A DNA stretch of 64,000 bases. It comes from Vulcanimicrobiota bacterium. Lineage in GTDB: Bacteria; Vulcanimicrobiota; Xenobia; Xenobiales; JADMJV01. Numbering within the stretch: the first letter of the stretch is position 1; every line of letters begins with the position of its first letter. Made by a program: the position numbers and the translations under genes. The notes beneath the pieces were generated by a model. That model had not been told where the DNA came from and did not search any database. It saw only the letters and a program-made list of their open reading frames with translations. The stretch lies in contig JBFWNU010000001.1 of NCBI GenBank assembly GCA_050250895.1, positions 3,392,139 to 3,456,138 of the forward strand. The letters are read 5' to 3'. Shown piece after piece: positions 36,879 through 47,853 of this stretch.

Positions 36879-39429
36879 CCCCTCTGAGGATAAAGACCTC
36901 CAAGCACGCTACCACCGGGCTACCCGGCTGTGCCAATTGCTGCAAGCTCAGAAGCGCATCGGTAAGCTCGTGCTCCAGCGCCGGAATCGGAAGGCTCTTT
37001 TGCAGGAGGCTTGCCAAACTCTGGTCACAGAAGGCGGCTTTCTGCTGGCCTGGGGCGCCCTGTGGGACGGACAGAGTAAGACCCCCACCTATGTGGCCAC
37101 TTCTCGAACAGACCAGGATTTCTTGGTCAAGGTGCAGGCCGGTCGTTTCCCTCAATGCGTGAGGACATGCATGCAGCAAGGGGGAGTGACCAGGGTCAGC
37201 CAGCCTGACCAGTGCCCGGATTGTGTCTGCGGGTGCAGCCGGGCAGAAGGCGCGGTGCTGTGTCTGCGGCTCGAATATGGCAAGCAACTCATCGGCTTTC
37301 TCTCGGTCTGGCTCGATCCCGGCCTCCTGGCTGCGGAGGTAGAGGCCTTGTTGCAGGAAACGGTCGATGACCTGTCCCTGGCCCTCCATGAGCTGGACCC
37401 TCAGCCGGGCGAGGGGGGCCTTCACCTTCGTTACGCCCGTATGCGGCTGGCCCTGATCGAGTTCGCGGCGGAACACAATCTGCAAGATCTGTTGACACGG
37501 GTGCTCGACGAGGTGGGGGCCTCGGTGCGCAGTCCTCTGGGTTTCTTTCACTTCGTGGCCGAGGACCAGAACAGTCTTACCATGCAGCAATGGTCTACCT
37601 CGACCCGGGAGGGGTTGTGCCACGCCGATGCCGAGGCCAAACATTACCCCATCGACGAAGCAGGTCTCTGGGCTGATTGTGTCCGTACCGGCAGGACGAT
37701 GGTCTACAACGACTACGACGCACTCCCGCACAGGAAAGGACTGCCTGAAGGGCACGCCGAGTTGACCCGGCTTTTGCTGGCGCCGGTCCTGCGCGGCAAT
37801 CTCGTGGTGGCCATCCTCGGCTTTGGCAACAAGCCAGAAGAATACACCGAGCGCGACGTCGAACTGGTCTCGTTTTTTGCCGACGTCACCTGGGAGATCG
37901 TGCGCCAAAAGCGCACCCATCTGGAGCAAGAGCGTTTGCTGCGAGCCGTCGAGCAGGTGGACGAAATGGTCGTGATTACCGACGACCAGGGGATTATCGA
38001 GTATGTCAACCCCGCTTTCGAGCGGGTTACCGGCTATTCTCGTGCCGAGGCGATAGGTCAGAACCCACGCCTCTTGCAGAGCGGCGAGCACGACCCGGCC
38101 TTCTATCAGGAACTGTGGAGCACGATCACGGCCGGTCGCACTTTTTGTAGCCGCATGATCAACCGCAAGAAGGATGGCACTCGCTTTACCGAGGAGGCGA
38201 CCATTTCGCCGGTGCGGGACCGGGCCGGCAAGATCACCAACTATGTGGCCGTCAAGCGCGACATCTCGGCCCGGTTGGCTTTGGAAGATCAGCTTCGACA
38301 ATCGTTGAAGATGGAGTCGGTGGGGCGGTTGGCCGGTGGGGTGGCCCATGATTTCAACAATGGCCTCAACGTCATCCTGGGCCATGCTGAACTCGCCCTC
38401 GCTTCCCTGTCGCCCGAGGATCCGCTCTATGCGGAGTTAAGCGAGATTCGCAAAGCGGCCATTCGTTCGGCTGGCCTCACCCGTCAACTCCTGGCCTTCG
38501 CCCGGCGTCAGTCCGTGGCCCCGGAGGTGCTCGACCTCAACCACGCCCTGGAGGACCTGCTCAATATGCTGCGCCGTCTCATGGGAGAAAATATCGAACT
38601 CCTGTGGCGAGCCGGCCCTGACCTGTGGCACGTGCATCTGGACCCTGCGCAGCTGTATCAGGTGCTGGTGAATCTGTGTGTCAATTCACGCGACGCCATT
38701 GCCGAGCACGGTAGGGTCACGATCGAGACCGGGAACGTAGTCTTGGACGAAGCCTACTGTTCAACTCACCGAGGGGCCCGACCGGGCGAGTTCGTCTGTT
38801 TGACGGTCAGCGACGACGGCTGTGGCATGGACGAGCAGACTCGCGCTAAGGTGTTCGAACCGTTCTTTACCACCAAGCCGCTGGGGAGTGGCACGGGCCT
38901 GGGGCTGGCGACCGTCTATGGCATCGTCAAGCAGAACGAGGGCTTTGTCTTCGTCGACAGCGAGCCGGGCCATGGTACAACCTTTAGGCTTTACTTTCCG
39001 CGCCATCTCGGCGAGGGTCCCATCCAGCGGACCGACGCCAGCGCGCTCGAATTTCCCACCGGCAACGGCCAGACGATCCTGGTGGTGGAGGACGATGCGG
39101 CGATTCTCAAGTTGGCCCGCAGAATGCTAGGACACCTCGGATACAAAGTGTTGACCGCGTCCGGGCCTCTGCAGGCGCTGGAGTTGGCCGAGCAAGAGCC
39201 GGGCCCCATCGATTTGCTGCTCACCGATGTCATCTTGCCAGAGATGAACGGCCGGCAGCTAGCCGAGCGACTAGGTTCTCTTATGCCGGGACTTCGGCTG
39301 CTCTACATGTCGGGCTACACGGCCGACATCATCACCTCTCACGGGATCGTCGAGGAGGGGTTGCAGTTGTTGGGTAAACCGTTCTCGGTGGCAGAGCTGG
39401 CGGCCGCCGTCGGCAAAGCTCTGGGTTGA
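36871..39429 (+). CDS. Hybrid sensor kinase GAF-GAF-PAS-HisKA-HATPase-REC
   Basis: [54 protein letters not shown]. Confidence 0.93.
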   Translation: MANPSEDKDLQARYHRATRLCQLLQAQKRIGKLVLQRRNRKALLQEACQTLVTEGGFLLAWGALWDGQSKTPTYVATSRTDQDFLVKVQAGRFPQCVRTCMQQGGVTRVSQPDQCPDCVCGCSRAEGAVLCLRLEYGKQLIGFLSVWLDPGLLAAEVEALLQETVDDLSLALHELDPQPGEGGLHLRYARMRLALIEFAAEHNLQDLLTRVLDEVGASVRSPLGFFHFVAEDQNSLTMQQWSTSTREGLCHADAEAKHYPIDEAGLWADCVRTGRTMVYNDYDALPHRKGLPEGHAELTRLLLAPVLRGNLVVAILGFGNKPEEYTERDVELVSFFADVTWEIVRQKRTHLEQERLLRAVEQVDEMVVITDDQGIIEYVNPAFERVTGYSRAEAIGQNPRLLQSGEHDPAFYQELWSTITAGRTFCSRMINRKKDGTRFTEEATISPVRDRAGKITNYVAVKRDISARLALEDQLRQSLKMESVGRLAGGVAHDFNNGLNVILGHAELALASLSPEDPLYAELSEIRKAAIRSAGLTRQLLAFARRQSVAPEVLDLNHALEDLLNMLRRLMGENIELLWRAGPDLWHVHLDPAQLYQVLVNLCVNSRDAIAEHGRVTIETGNVVLDEAYCSTHRGARPGEFVCLTVSDDGCGMDEQTRAKVFEPFFTTKPLGSGTGLGLATVYGIVKQNEGFVFVDSEPGHGTTFRLYFPRHLGEGPIQRTDASALEFPTGNGQTILVVEDDAAILKLARRMLGHLGYKVLTASGPLQALELAEQEPGPIDLLLTDVILPEMNGRQLAERLGSLMPGLRLLYMSGYTADIITSHGIVEEGLQLLGKPFSVAELAAAVGKALG

Positions 39430-39474
39430 CCCGAGCACGAAGGTTATCGGCGGACCCTTTCCGTAACCAGGCAG

Positions 39475-41703
39475 GTGGACAGCTTCAACATTCTCCTGCT
39501 CGAAGACGATTTCGCCTTCCGCGAAGCGGTGACGGAGGAACTCACCGAAGCCGGCTACCATGTCACCCCGGTGGCCGGGGGCACCGAAGCGGTGGCCCGC
39601 ATTGCCGAGATCAGTTACGATCTCGTGATCGTGGATATCCGGATGAAGGGAATCGACGGTCTCGAGGCCCTGGCCCGCATGCGCGACCATCAGCAGGATC
39701 TGGCCTGCATCGTGATGACCGGTTTCGCCGAGGAAGAGGCGGCTGTGCGAGCCGCCCGCCTGGGCGTGCGAGGATACCTTCGCAAGCCTTTCAAATTGCG
39801 GGAGTTGCTCGATTGCGTAGAGGGGGTCGTGCGGGGGCAACGTCGTCGTCGCAGCCAGGAGGAGGTCTATGAAGAGCTGGCCGAGTCGCTCAGATGGTCG
39901 GCTCGGGCCATTTCGAAGCTGAGCGGCAAGCCCGAACTCGAGCAGGCCGTCGAAGTGGCCGAAGCCCTGACCGGTCATCTGGGCTGGGATCCTTTGCGCT
40001 GTGCCCGGACCCAGCTGCTGGCTTCGGCGGCCGGGGCGGGGCTGAGCCCCCCTGCAACCCTGGCCGAGGCGGCTTTGAATCTACCAGAGCGCTGGGACGG
40101 GACCGGTCCGCGTGCGGTCCAGGGCGAGGCCATCCCCCTCGACGCTCGAGTGGTCTCGCTGGCGCTGGCCAAAGCCGCCGGCCAGCCGCCGGCCGGCCAG
40201 TGCGACCCGTACTTGCTGGATTCGCTGGAGCGTCTCTCTCCTCCCGAGGGGCGCCAGGCCTGGCGCCGGCGTCGTAAGCTGCTGGGTCTGGGTCAAACCC
40301 TACTGCAGATCGGCGAGCTGTCGGGCGCAGCCGTTGCCTTCGCCGAGATCGTCCGCGGGCAGCCCGAGGGGCCCGATGCGGTCACGGCCTATCTCGGTTG
40401 GTCGCGCTGCTGCCCGGGTCAAGAAGGCGAGCAGTTGCTCGAAAAGGCTCTCGAGTGTGCCCGCCGAGCGGGACCGCTGGTCCAGGCCCGCTGTTGCCTC
40501 GAAGTCGGGCTGCGGCTGCGCGAGGCCCAGCCCGACCGGGCCCGAGAACTGCTGCACCAGGCGCTCGATGGGCTGGGCGAGGGCTCCGAGCGAGAAGTGA
40601 CCAGGTTAGCTTTGTGGCAACCTCCCGCACCGTTTCCAACTCACGAACTCAAACGCGTGCTGGGGCCGCGGACCGAGGCGGCCGCGGGTTGGATGCTGCC
40701 CCTGGTGGCCCAGGGCCTGAGCGAGGGCTATCTCGAGCGGGCCCTGGCGACGCGCTACTTTCTGGGTCATCCCGCCTCGATCATCGGGGCTCTGGAACGG
40801 GGCGTCCTCGACCCTCGCCAGCGGGCGGCGGTAGCGGGTTGCCTAACCCCTCAGGGCTGGCCTCATCGGCTGGTCGAACTGCTCAAGGACGATCCCGACC
40901 CTCAGGTCCGCAAAGCGGCCAACGGAAGTCTGGCCGCGGCCGTGGAAGGGCAGCTGCCGATTCTGCGCATTTACTCGCTGGGAGCCTTCGAGGTGCTGGT
41001 GGGCGAATCGCCCATCGGCGGCAAACAGTGGAAGGGCAACAAGAATCGCTACCTGTTAGCCCTGCTGGCCTCGCGCGAGGCGCCAGCCAGTGACGAGGTG
41101 CTCATCGACATCTTCTGGCCCGACTCTCACGAGACCGGCAAACGCGGTCTCTACAACGCCGTCTCGCTGTACCGGCGCATTCTCAAACCGGAAGGGTGGG
41201 AGGGTCCCACCGACTACATCCAGCGAGACCTGACCGGCATCGGCCTCAATCCCGAGCGTGAGCACTGGCACGATCTCAGCGAATTGCGAGGCCTGCTGCG
41301 CGAACTCAAGGACGAGGTTCAGGCGGAACGGGCGGTGGTGCGCGGCCGCCAGGTGGTCGACCTCTATCGCGGTCCCTATCTTGATGGCTGCTACCTCGAC
41401 TGGGCGATCCGCCAGCGCGATTCGCTCGAACTCGAGGTGATCGAGGGCTTGCTCACCGCCGCTGGCCTGGCTTCGGGGGCCGAGCTGTATCAAGAGGCGA
41501 TGGAACTCAGTGGTCAGGTGTGCGAGTATGACAACTGCAACCAGCCTTCCCACTTGCTCTACATGGAATCTTGCCTATCCCTCGGTCGTCCCGAGCAGGC
41601 TCTGCGACGTTTCGGGGACCTCGAGAAGGCCCTCTCGCGCGAGATGGGTATCGAGCCCTCGACCGACCTGTTGCGAGCCTACCACAAAGCTAAACTCCTT
41701 TAG
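39475..41703 (+). CDS. Response regulator: REC-degenerate HD-GYP-TPR-wHTH/BTAD (SARP-like)
   Basis: IVDIRM; LPERWDGTGP; LRIYSLGAFEV; LYRGPYLDG...W; GIEPS. Confidence 0.85.
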   Translation: MDSFNILLLEDDFAFREAVTEELTEAGYHVTPVAGGTEAVARIAEISYDLVIVDIRMKGIDGLEALARMRDHQQDLACIVMTGFAEEEAAVRAARLGVRGYLRKPFKLRELLDCVEGVVRGQRRRRSQEEVYEELAESLRWSARAISKLSGKPELEQAVEVAEALTGHLGWDPLRCARTQLLASAAGAGLSPPATLAEAALNLPERWDGTGPRAVQGEAIPLDARVVSLALAKAAGQPPAGQCDPYLLDSLERLSPPEGRQAWRRRRKLLGLGQTLLQIGELSGAAVAFAEIVRGQPEGPDAVTAYLGWSRCCPGQEGEQLLEKALECARRAGPLVQARCCLEVGLRLREAQPDRARELLHQALDGLGEGSEREVTRLALWQPPAPFPTHELKRVLGPRTEAAAGWMLPLVAQGLSEGYLERALATRYFLGHPASIIGALERGVLDPRQRAAVAGCLTPQGWPHRLVELLKDDPDPQVRKAANGSLAAAVEGQLPILRIYSLGAFEVLVGESPIGGKQWKGNKNRYLLALLASREAPASDEVLIDIFWPDSHETGKRGLYNAVSLYRRILKPEGWEGPTDYIQRDLTGIGLNPEREHWHDLSELRGLLRELKDEVQAERAVVRGRQVVDLYRGPYLDGCYLDWAIRQRDSLELEVIEGLLTAAGLASGAELYQEAMELSGQVCEYDNCNQPSHLLYMESCLSLGRPEQALRRFGDLEKALSREMGIEPSTDLLRAYHKAKLL

Positions 41704-41743
41704 GAGGCTTGCGGCCGACCTGAGGAGGGCTTAGTATCAGACT

Positions 41744-42322
41744 ATGCTCGCCCATCGCGAAAGACGCTCCTTTTCCCCAGAGGAGTACCTGGCTTTAGAA
41801 GAGCGCAGCCAGACCCGCAGCGAGTACTATCAGGGCGACATCTACTCGATGACCGGCGGCTCGGTCGAGCATAACCAGATCGTCCGCAATCTCGCCGGGG
41901 CGCTGCTTCCCCAGCTCAAAGGGGGCGCGTGCCAGCTTTTTGTGTCAGACCTGAGGCTCTGGGTGGCTCAACACCAGTTGTTCACCTATCCCGACCTCTA
42001 TGTCGTCTGTGGTGAACTACCGCGCTTCGAGGGCCGTCGCGATACCCTGACCGACGCGACCCTTATTGTCGAGATTCTCTCACCATCGACCGAGGTCTAT
42101 GACCGAGGCGAGAAGTTTCTCTTCTATCAGTCCTTGCCGTCCTTTCGAGAATACGTGTTGGTGGCCCAGGACCGCTCTCTGCTCGAACGCAGAACCCTGA
42201 CCAGACCTGGCGAATGGCTTTCTTCCCAATTCACCGCTGCCGAGGATCGGGTCGAACTGGCCAGCGTCGGGGCTGACCTCGTGGTCGGGGACCTCTATCA
42301 TCAGGTCGCCTTTCCCGGTTAG
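41744..42322 (+). CDS. Uma2 family endonuclease
   Basis: EEYLALE, EYYQG, YPDLYVVC, VEILSPST..YDRGEK, EYVLV; leaderless promoter (TTGCGG-17-TAGTAT). Confidence 0.9.
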   Translation: MLAHRERRSFSPEEYLALEERSQTRSEYYQGDIYSMTGGSVEHNQIVRNLAGALLPQLKGGACQLFVSDLRLWVAQHQLFTYPDLYVVCGELPRFEGRRDTLTDATLIVEILSPSTEVYDRGEKFLFYQSLPSFREYVLVAQDRSLLERRTLTRPGEWLSSQFTAAEDRVELASVGADLVVGDLYHQVAFPG

Positions 42323-42368
42323 TCCGCGGTTCACGTTCTTTTCAGTGTCAACGGGTAGGCTGGTGAGC

Positions 42369-45300
42369 ATGAATGTGCAGCCATACCCTTCCGCCGGAGG
42401 GAAGAAGTCTTCTCGAAGAGCCGCCAAATCTTCGAAGTCACACCCCAAGAAGCCGTCGACCCCGCCCAAAAGCGACCCCGCTTCCAGGCCGACCTTCGCC
42501 GAGCCCAGCCTTTCGCCCGACGGCAAAGAGTTAGTCTTCGTCTCGGGCGGCGACATCTGGACTGCACCCAGCCAAGGCGGCGAGGCCCGGCTGCTGCTGT
42601 CGGACCCGGCCACCGAGTCGCGTCCGTTGTTCTCGCCTGACGGCCAGCAATTGGCCTTCGTGTCCAATCGCTCCGGCCACGCCAATGTCTATACGCTTGC
42701 GGTCGACACGGGTCAGGTGAAGCGGCTCACCTACTCTGACAGCAACGACAGCCTCGAGGCCTGGTCGCCCGACGGCAAGTATCTCTATTTCTCCAACGGC
42801 AGTCAGGATATCGAAGGTTGCCGTGACATCTTTCGCATCCCCAGCGGCGGCGGCACTCCGATGCCGGTCAGCGCCGACCGATTTACCGATGAATACTTTG
42901 CCGCCCCCTCGCCAACCGGCGAGGGACTGGCCTTCACCGGCCACGGCACTGGCACCCACCAGTGGTGGCGCAACGGCCACTCCAACCTGGACCGTTCGCA
43001 GATTTATCTGCACCAGGATGGCGACTATCAGCAGTTGACCGACGGCGACTCCAAGGACATGTGGCCCATGTGGAGCCCCGACGGCCAGAACCTCTACTTC
43101 GTCTCTGACCGGAGCGGAACCGAGAATATCTGGGTGCGCTCCATGGAGGACGACAACCCTCGCCAACTGACGCACTTTAACGCGGGGCGGGTGCTCTGGC
43201 CCAGCATCGCTTCTGACGGCAAGTCGATCGTGTTCGAACGCGATTCGAAGCTCTACTGCATGAACACCAAGAGCGGCCGCAGCCACGAGGTGCCCATCAC
43301 TCGCCGCGGAGCCCCGGCCAGCGTCGCTCCCGAACGCCGGGACCTGAGCGGTGAACTCGATTCTTTCACCCTTTCCCCTGACGGCAAGAAGGTCGCTTTT
43401 CTAGCCCACGGCGAGGTTTTCGCCGCCCCGGCGGGCAAAGGCGGACCGATCCATCGGGTCACCGCTTCGGCCGCCGAAGAATTCGGTCTGGTGTGGTCTC
43501 CCGATAGCCAGAAGCTGGCTTATGTTTCCCAGCGCGACGGCGAGCGTCATCTTTATCTCTATGACTTCCTGACCAGCCACGAGACGCAACTGACCAGCGC
43601 CAAAGCGGGCGACGGCAATGCTTGTTTTTCACCCGACGGCAAGAACCTGGCCTTCGTGCGCCAGGGCAAGACCCTGTGCAGCCTGAACCTGGCCAACGGC
43701 AAAGAAAAGGTGCTGGCCGAGGGTCTCTTCGGTCAACCGCCCTTTGATATGGGCCGGCCCATCGCCTGGTCGCCCGATAGCCGCTGGGTCGCCTATCGCA
43801 GCAGCGACGAGAACGCCTTCAACAACGCCTGGATCGTGCCCGCCAAAGGGGGCGAATCCCGCCAGGTGTCGTTCTTGCCCAACACCTTTGGCGACACCTT
43901 GAGTTGGAGCCCCAACGGCAAGTTCTTGCTGCTGGACTCGTCTCAACGAACCGAAAAAAGCGTCCTGACCCGGGTGGACCTGGTGGCTCCCCACGCCACC
44001 TTCGCCGAAGACGACTTTGCTGCTCTGTTCAAGCCCGAAGAGGCGGCCTCGAAAGAGCCGCTCACCGTCGAGATCGATTTTGCCGGCGTGCGCGAGCGCC
44101 AGCGCGTGGGCAATTTGCCCATCGATATTCAGAGCCAGACGATCAGTCCTGACGGCAAACTGGCTTTGCTGCACGGCCTCTCGGGTGGGCAATCCAATCT
44201 GTTCTTGCTGCCTCTGGAAGGCGACCACCGCGAACTGGTTCAGTTGACCAGCAGCCCCGGTTGGAAGCAAGACGCCCAGTTCTCGCCCGACCAAAAGCAG
44301 GTTTACTATCGCGAGAATGGTGTCATCAAGACCGTCTCGGTCGAGGACCGCAGCACCCGCACACTCGATTTGTCGGCCACCATCGAAGTCGACTTCGCCA
44401 AGGAAAAGCAGGCTGCTTTCGAGCAGGCCTGGAGCTACCTGCGCGACCAGTTCTATGATCCCGGCATGCACGGGCTCGATTGGGAGGGCTTGCGCAACCA
44501 CTATCAACCCCTCATCACCGGGGCCGCCAATCCCGACGAGATGCGGCGCCAGCTGGCCTTGATGATGGGCGAGCTCAATGCTTCGCACCTGGGCGTGGGT
44601 GCCCCGGCTGGCGGTGGTCAGGTGGTGGGCCGCACCGGTCTTGATTTCGAGCGTGGCGAGTATGAAGATTCGGGTCGCTTCAAGGTCAGTGGCGTGCTGG
44701 CCGAGGGACCCGCCGGTCTGGCCGGCGTGAAGGTGGGCGATGTCCTCACCGCCGTCAACGGTGAGCCGCTCGAGGCGACCACCAACCTCGATCAGGTTCT
44801 ATCCCATCAGGTGGGACGCAAGGTGGCCCTCACCCTCGAGTCGCAGGGCGACACCAAAGAGGTGGTGGTGGCTCCGGTCACGGCCGGCCAGGAGCGGAAC
44901 TTGCGCTATCGCGAATGGGTCGATTCTAACCGGCAGAAGGTGGAGGAATTGAGCGGCGGGCGGCTGGGTTATGTCCACATCGCCGACATGTCCTCGGGCG
45001 CCCTCGAGCAACTCTATCAAGACCTCGACGCTACCAACCAGGCCCGCGAGGGAATCGTCATCGACGTTCGCAACAATAACGGCGGCTTCGTCAATGCCTA
45101 TGCCCTCGACGTCTTTGCGCGCAAAGGCTATCTGAGCATGACCAACCGCGATACTCCCACCGCTCCGGCCCGGCGTCTGCTTGGCCAGCGCTCGCTAGAG
45201 CTGCCTACCATCCTGTTGACCAATCGGCAGACGTTATCCGATGGCGAGGATTTCTCCGAAGGCTATCGGGCGCTCAAGCTGGGGAAAGTAGTGGGCGAGC

Positions 45301-45536
45301 CCACTTCGGGTTGGATCCTCTTTACCAGCGGGGCTGAATTGGTGGACGGCACCAGGATTCGTCTGCCCTTCTCGGAGGTGCTCGACCACCGAGGTCAGCC
45401 CATGGAGATGAATCCCCGACCCGTCGATGTGGCTGTCGACCGGCCCCTGGGCGAGAGCTATACCGACAGGGATGTGCAGCTCGAGACGGCAGTTTCGGAG
45501 CTGTTGAGCCAGATGGACGCCACCAAAGACGCGTAG
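42369..45536 (+). CDS. Tricorn-like S41 family peptidase with PD40 beta-propellers and PDZ
   Basis: Many WSPDG repeats; GELNASH, GYVHI, IDVRNNNGG, SDGE, GEPT. Confidence 0.92.
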   Translation: MNVQPYPSAGGKKSSRRAAKSSKSHPKKPSTPPKSDPASRPTFAEPSLSPDGKELVFVSGGDIWTAPSQGGEARLLLSDPATESRPLFSPDGQQLAFVSNRSGHANVYTLAVDTGQVKRLTYSDSNDSLEAWSPDGKYLYFSNGSQDIEGCRDIFRIPSGGGTPMPVSADRFTDEYFAAPSPTGEGLAFTGHGTGTHQWWRNGHSNLDRSQIYLHQDGDYQQLTDGDSKDMWPMWSPDGQNLYFVSDRSGTENIWVRSMEDDNPRQLTHFNAGRVLWPSIASDGKSIVFERDSKLYCMNTKSGRSHEVPITRRGAPASVAPERRDLSGELDSFTLSPDGKKVAFLAHGEVFAAPAGKGGPIHRVTASAAEEFGLVWSPDSQKLAYVSQRDGERHLYLYDFLTSHETQLTSAKAGDGNACFSPDGKNLAFVRQGKTLCSLNLANGKEKVLAEGLFGQPPFDMGRPIAWSPDSRWVAYRSSDENAFNNAWIVPAKGGESRQVSFLPNTFGDTLSWSPNGKFLLLDSSQRTEKSVLTRVDLVAPHATFAEDDFAALFKPEEAASKEPLTVEIDFAGVRERQRVGNLPIDIQSQTISPDGKLALLHGLSGGQSNLFLLPLEGDHRELVQLTSSPGWKQDAQFSPDQKQVYYRENGVIKTVSVEDRSTRTLDLSATIEVDFAKEKQAAFEQAWSYLRDQFYDPGMHGLDWEGLRNHYQPLITGAANPDEMRRQLALMMGELNASHLGVGAPAGGGQVVGRTGLDFERGEYEDSGRFKVSGVLAEGPAGLAGVKVGDVLTAVNGEPLEATTNLDQVLSHQVGRKVALTLESQGDTKEVVVAPVTAGQERNLRYREWVDSNRQKVEELSGGRLGYVHIADMSSGALEQLYQDLDATNQAREGIVIDVRNNNGGFVNAYALDVFARKGYLSMTNRDTPTAPARRLLGQRSLELPTILLTNRQTLSDGEDFSEGYRALKLGKVVGEPTSGWILFTSGAELVDGTRIRLPFSEVLDHRGQPMEMNPRPVDVAVDRPLGESYTDRDVQLETAVSELLSQMDATKDA

Positions 45537-45564
45537 CCAACGCACTCGGGAGGCTGCCTTCTCA

Positions 45565-45915
45565 TCATTGCGCGCTGTCTTGAGGGTGACACAGGCAATA
45601 GACTCGGCTCCAGTCATCGAAAACGTGCAGCCCCGCCGCTTCGATGGCCCGTCGCAGGCGGGGCCTGGCGCCCACGTCGGGTCGGTTGAGCTTGACGAAG
45701 CCCAGGCTCTTCAACATCTCGGCCGGGTTCTCCGGCCATTCTCGGGTGGGCACGATGACGACGCCCGGGTAGGCGTGCAGAGGGTGACCTTCTTCGGCAA
45801 AGGCCGACGCCACCCAGGGGAGGTCGGTAGGGTCCGAAGGTAGATAGGTCTCCTCCTTCTGATGAGATTGCACGCAAGGCTCCAGGCCGTCACGACCCAG
45901 TCGGTAGATGAACAA
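45565..45915 (-). CDS. Hypothetical protein (possibly the 3' part of a disrupted gene with 45932..46111)
   Basis: 116-aa ORF with plausible codon usage; no clear RBS. Confidence 0.4.
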   Translation of the reverse strand: MFIYRLGRDGLEPCVQSHQKEETYLPSDPTDLPWVASAFAEEGHPLHAYPGVVIVPTREWPENPAEMLKSLGFVKLNRPDVGARPRLRRAIEAAGLHVFDDWSRVYCLCHPQDSAQ

Positions 45916-45931
45916 GGTTTCAGGTCCTCAG

Positions 45932-46111
45932 TCAGTTATCGCTCGTGGATTGGGTTCGAGAGCCGTCGGCCACCAGAATGATGTCGAGGCGGCTCAACAG
46001 CCCGAGTTCGGATAGGTAGCTCGCCATCTCGGTGAGGTGAGCTTCTTCGTCGATCAACCCGTCAACTCGGGTCATGATTTCAAGATTCGCCAGTAGCTGT
46101 CTCCATTTCAT
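45932..46111 (-). CDS. Small hypothetical protein (59 aa)
   Basis: MKWRQLLANLEIMTRVDGLIDEE; fills the gap downstream of the CBS gene. Confidence 0.35.
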   Translation of the reverse strand: MKWRQLLANLEIMTRVDGLIDEEAHLTEMASYLSELGLLSRLDIILVADGSRTQSTSDN

Positions 46112-46155
46112 GGGACTATCCTGCCAGCATGCGTTCGACAAGCTGTCAACACTTC

Positions 46156-46767
46156 TTACACCTGGTGCCGGCGGAGTTGATACAGAAGTCTGGCCATGTC
46201 CAGAGTGGTGATGATGCCCGCAATCCGGTTGGCCTCGTCGGTCACGAGAATTCTGTGAAGACGAAACGAGGTCATTAGACGCAGCACATCCTCGACCGAG
46301 TCGCTCGGTCGCACTTTGAGCGGAAACTTTGTCATGACATCGCCTGCAGTCAGGCTCTCGACTCGTCTGCGGAAATCTGGTAGTGCGAGGGTGGTGACGA
46401 GGTCGGTTTGCGAGACGACGCCTTTGAGGGTCCCATCCTCTGCGGTGACGGGGACCCCTGTGATCATCCTGCGTAGCAGGGCGCCCGCGAGTTGGGTCAA
46501 CTTCATGGCGACCGGCACACAGAAGACATCGGTGGTCATGATGTCCTTGACCGTGAGGGTGCGCAACTCGAACTGCCCGAGCATCTCGGGCATCCACTCC
46601 AGATGCTCTGCCTCGAATTCCAGAAAGAGTTCTCGGAGGGCTTCTCGATCTTGACTGGTTTCAGACCGGATGGTCTGGGCAAAGTCCGACACGAGCACCT
46701 GCCCCCGACTATCCAGTTCCTCAAAGCCCAGGATGCGGGCCATTTCTTCGGTATTCATCACGCCCAT
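46156..46767 (-). CDS. CBS domain-pair protein
   Basis: VKDIMT, ITGVPV, GVVSQTDL, GDVMT, HRILV, GIITTLD. Confidence 0.9.
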   Translation of the reverse strand: MGVMNTEEMARILGFEELDSRGQVLVSDFAQTIRSETSQDREALRELFLEFEAEHLEWMPEMLGQFELRTLTVKDIMTTDVFCVPVAMKLTQLAGALLRRMITGVPVTAEDGTLKGVVSQTDLVTTLALPDFRRRVESLTAGDVMTKFPLKVRPSDSVEDVLRLMTSFRLHRILVTDEANRIAGIITTLDMARLLYQLRRHQV

Positions 46768-46852
46768 GCTGTTTGTCCCCGAAAGCTGATAGTTGCGAGG
46801 GTAGCTTAAGGGACTATCATCAACAGGCGCTCAACAGAAACGATCTCCAGCG

Positions 46853-47815
46853 TCAGGCACAGACGAGGGCCAGGGCGGAAAAAAACTCGGCTTCGGTCTC
46901 GACCCTTTTGACCGCCTCGAAGTGGTGAAATTCGCCGAACCGGCTGGCCAGTTTCAGCCATTGCTTGAGGCGCTTGAGCCTTCGCGACTCAGAATAGCCC
47001 CCGTGGGCCAGGCTGTGCTCGATCAGGCCGTGCAAGAGGTGCCCCCAGCCAGGGTCGTGGCCTGGGCACGGCAGACCGAGGGCTCTCGCGACCTGCAAGG
47101 GTAGGGCCGGATTGGCCAGGGCCCCTCGCCCCAGCATGAAGTGGATGCAGCCGGTTTGCTCCTGGCAACGGTGAAAGTCGTCTAGAGTCCAGATGTCGCC
47201 GTTGGCGACCAGGGGAATATCCAGGGCCGCGCGCACCTCTCCCAGCGGCTTCCAATAGACCGGTGGAGTATAGCCCTGGGTGCGAGTGCGGGCATGGATG
47301 GTGAGCCACGAGGCGCCCCCTTCAGCCGCCATGGCCGCATTCTCGTAGACCTCGTCAATACAGTCCCAGCCAAGCCTCAGCTTGGCCGAGACGGGTATCT
47401 CGGCAGGCACGGCCGCCCGCACCGCCGAGACCACGGCCCGAATGCGCTGGGGGTGCTTGAGCAGCGTGGCTCCTCCGTCGTGGCGATTGACGGTGGGCGC
47501 CGGGCATCCGAAGTTGATGTCGATCCCGTTAGCCCCGGCTCGGCAGGCGGTGGCGGCGGACTTTGCCATAGCCTCCGGCTCCCCGCCCAGCAGCTGGACT
47601 TGCACGGGTAACCCGGTCAGGGTGCGAGCTCCGTGTCTTAGCTCGGGCACGTGCCGCTCGAAGACCTTGCGGGGGATGGGCAGCTGAGTGACGCGCAAGA
47701 ACTCGGTCACGGCAAAGGTGAAGGCGCCGCAAGCTCCCTGAAGAGAGCGCATGGGAGCGTCGGTGATGCCGTCCATCGGAGCCAGGACGAGAGCGGGCGT
47801 ATCAGCTTTGAGCAT
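46853..47815 (-). CDS. dusC: tRNA-dihydrouridine synthase (DusC-like)
   Basis: LAPMDG, TEFLRV, DINFGCPAPTVNRHDGGA, HART, NGDI, MLGRG. Confidence 0.88.
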   Translation of the reverse strand: MLKADTPALVLAPMDGITDAPMRSLQGACGAFTFAVTEFLRVTQLPIPRKVFERHVPELRHGARTLTGLPVQVQLLGGEPEAMAKSAATACRAGANGIDINFGCPAPTVNRHDGGATLLKHPQRIRAVVSAVRAAVPAEIPVSAKLRLGWDCIDEVYENAAMAAEGGASWLTIHARTRTQGYTPPVYWKPLGEVRAALDIPLVANGDIWTLDDFHRCQEQTGCIHFMLGRGALANPALPLQVARALGLPCPGHDPGWGHLLHGLIEHSLAHGGYSESRRLKRLKQWLKLASRFGEFHHFEAVKRVETEAEFFSALALVCA

Positions 47816-47853
47816 CGTCGGCCATCTTAGCCGTAAAAGCTCAGGACCGCAAG

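Noticed and set aside
41744-42322. Uma2 nuclease as a defence or mobile system
   Set aside because: A solitary member of a common family, with no methyltransferase, integrase or other partner nearby.
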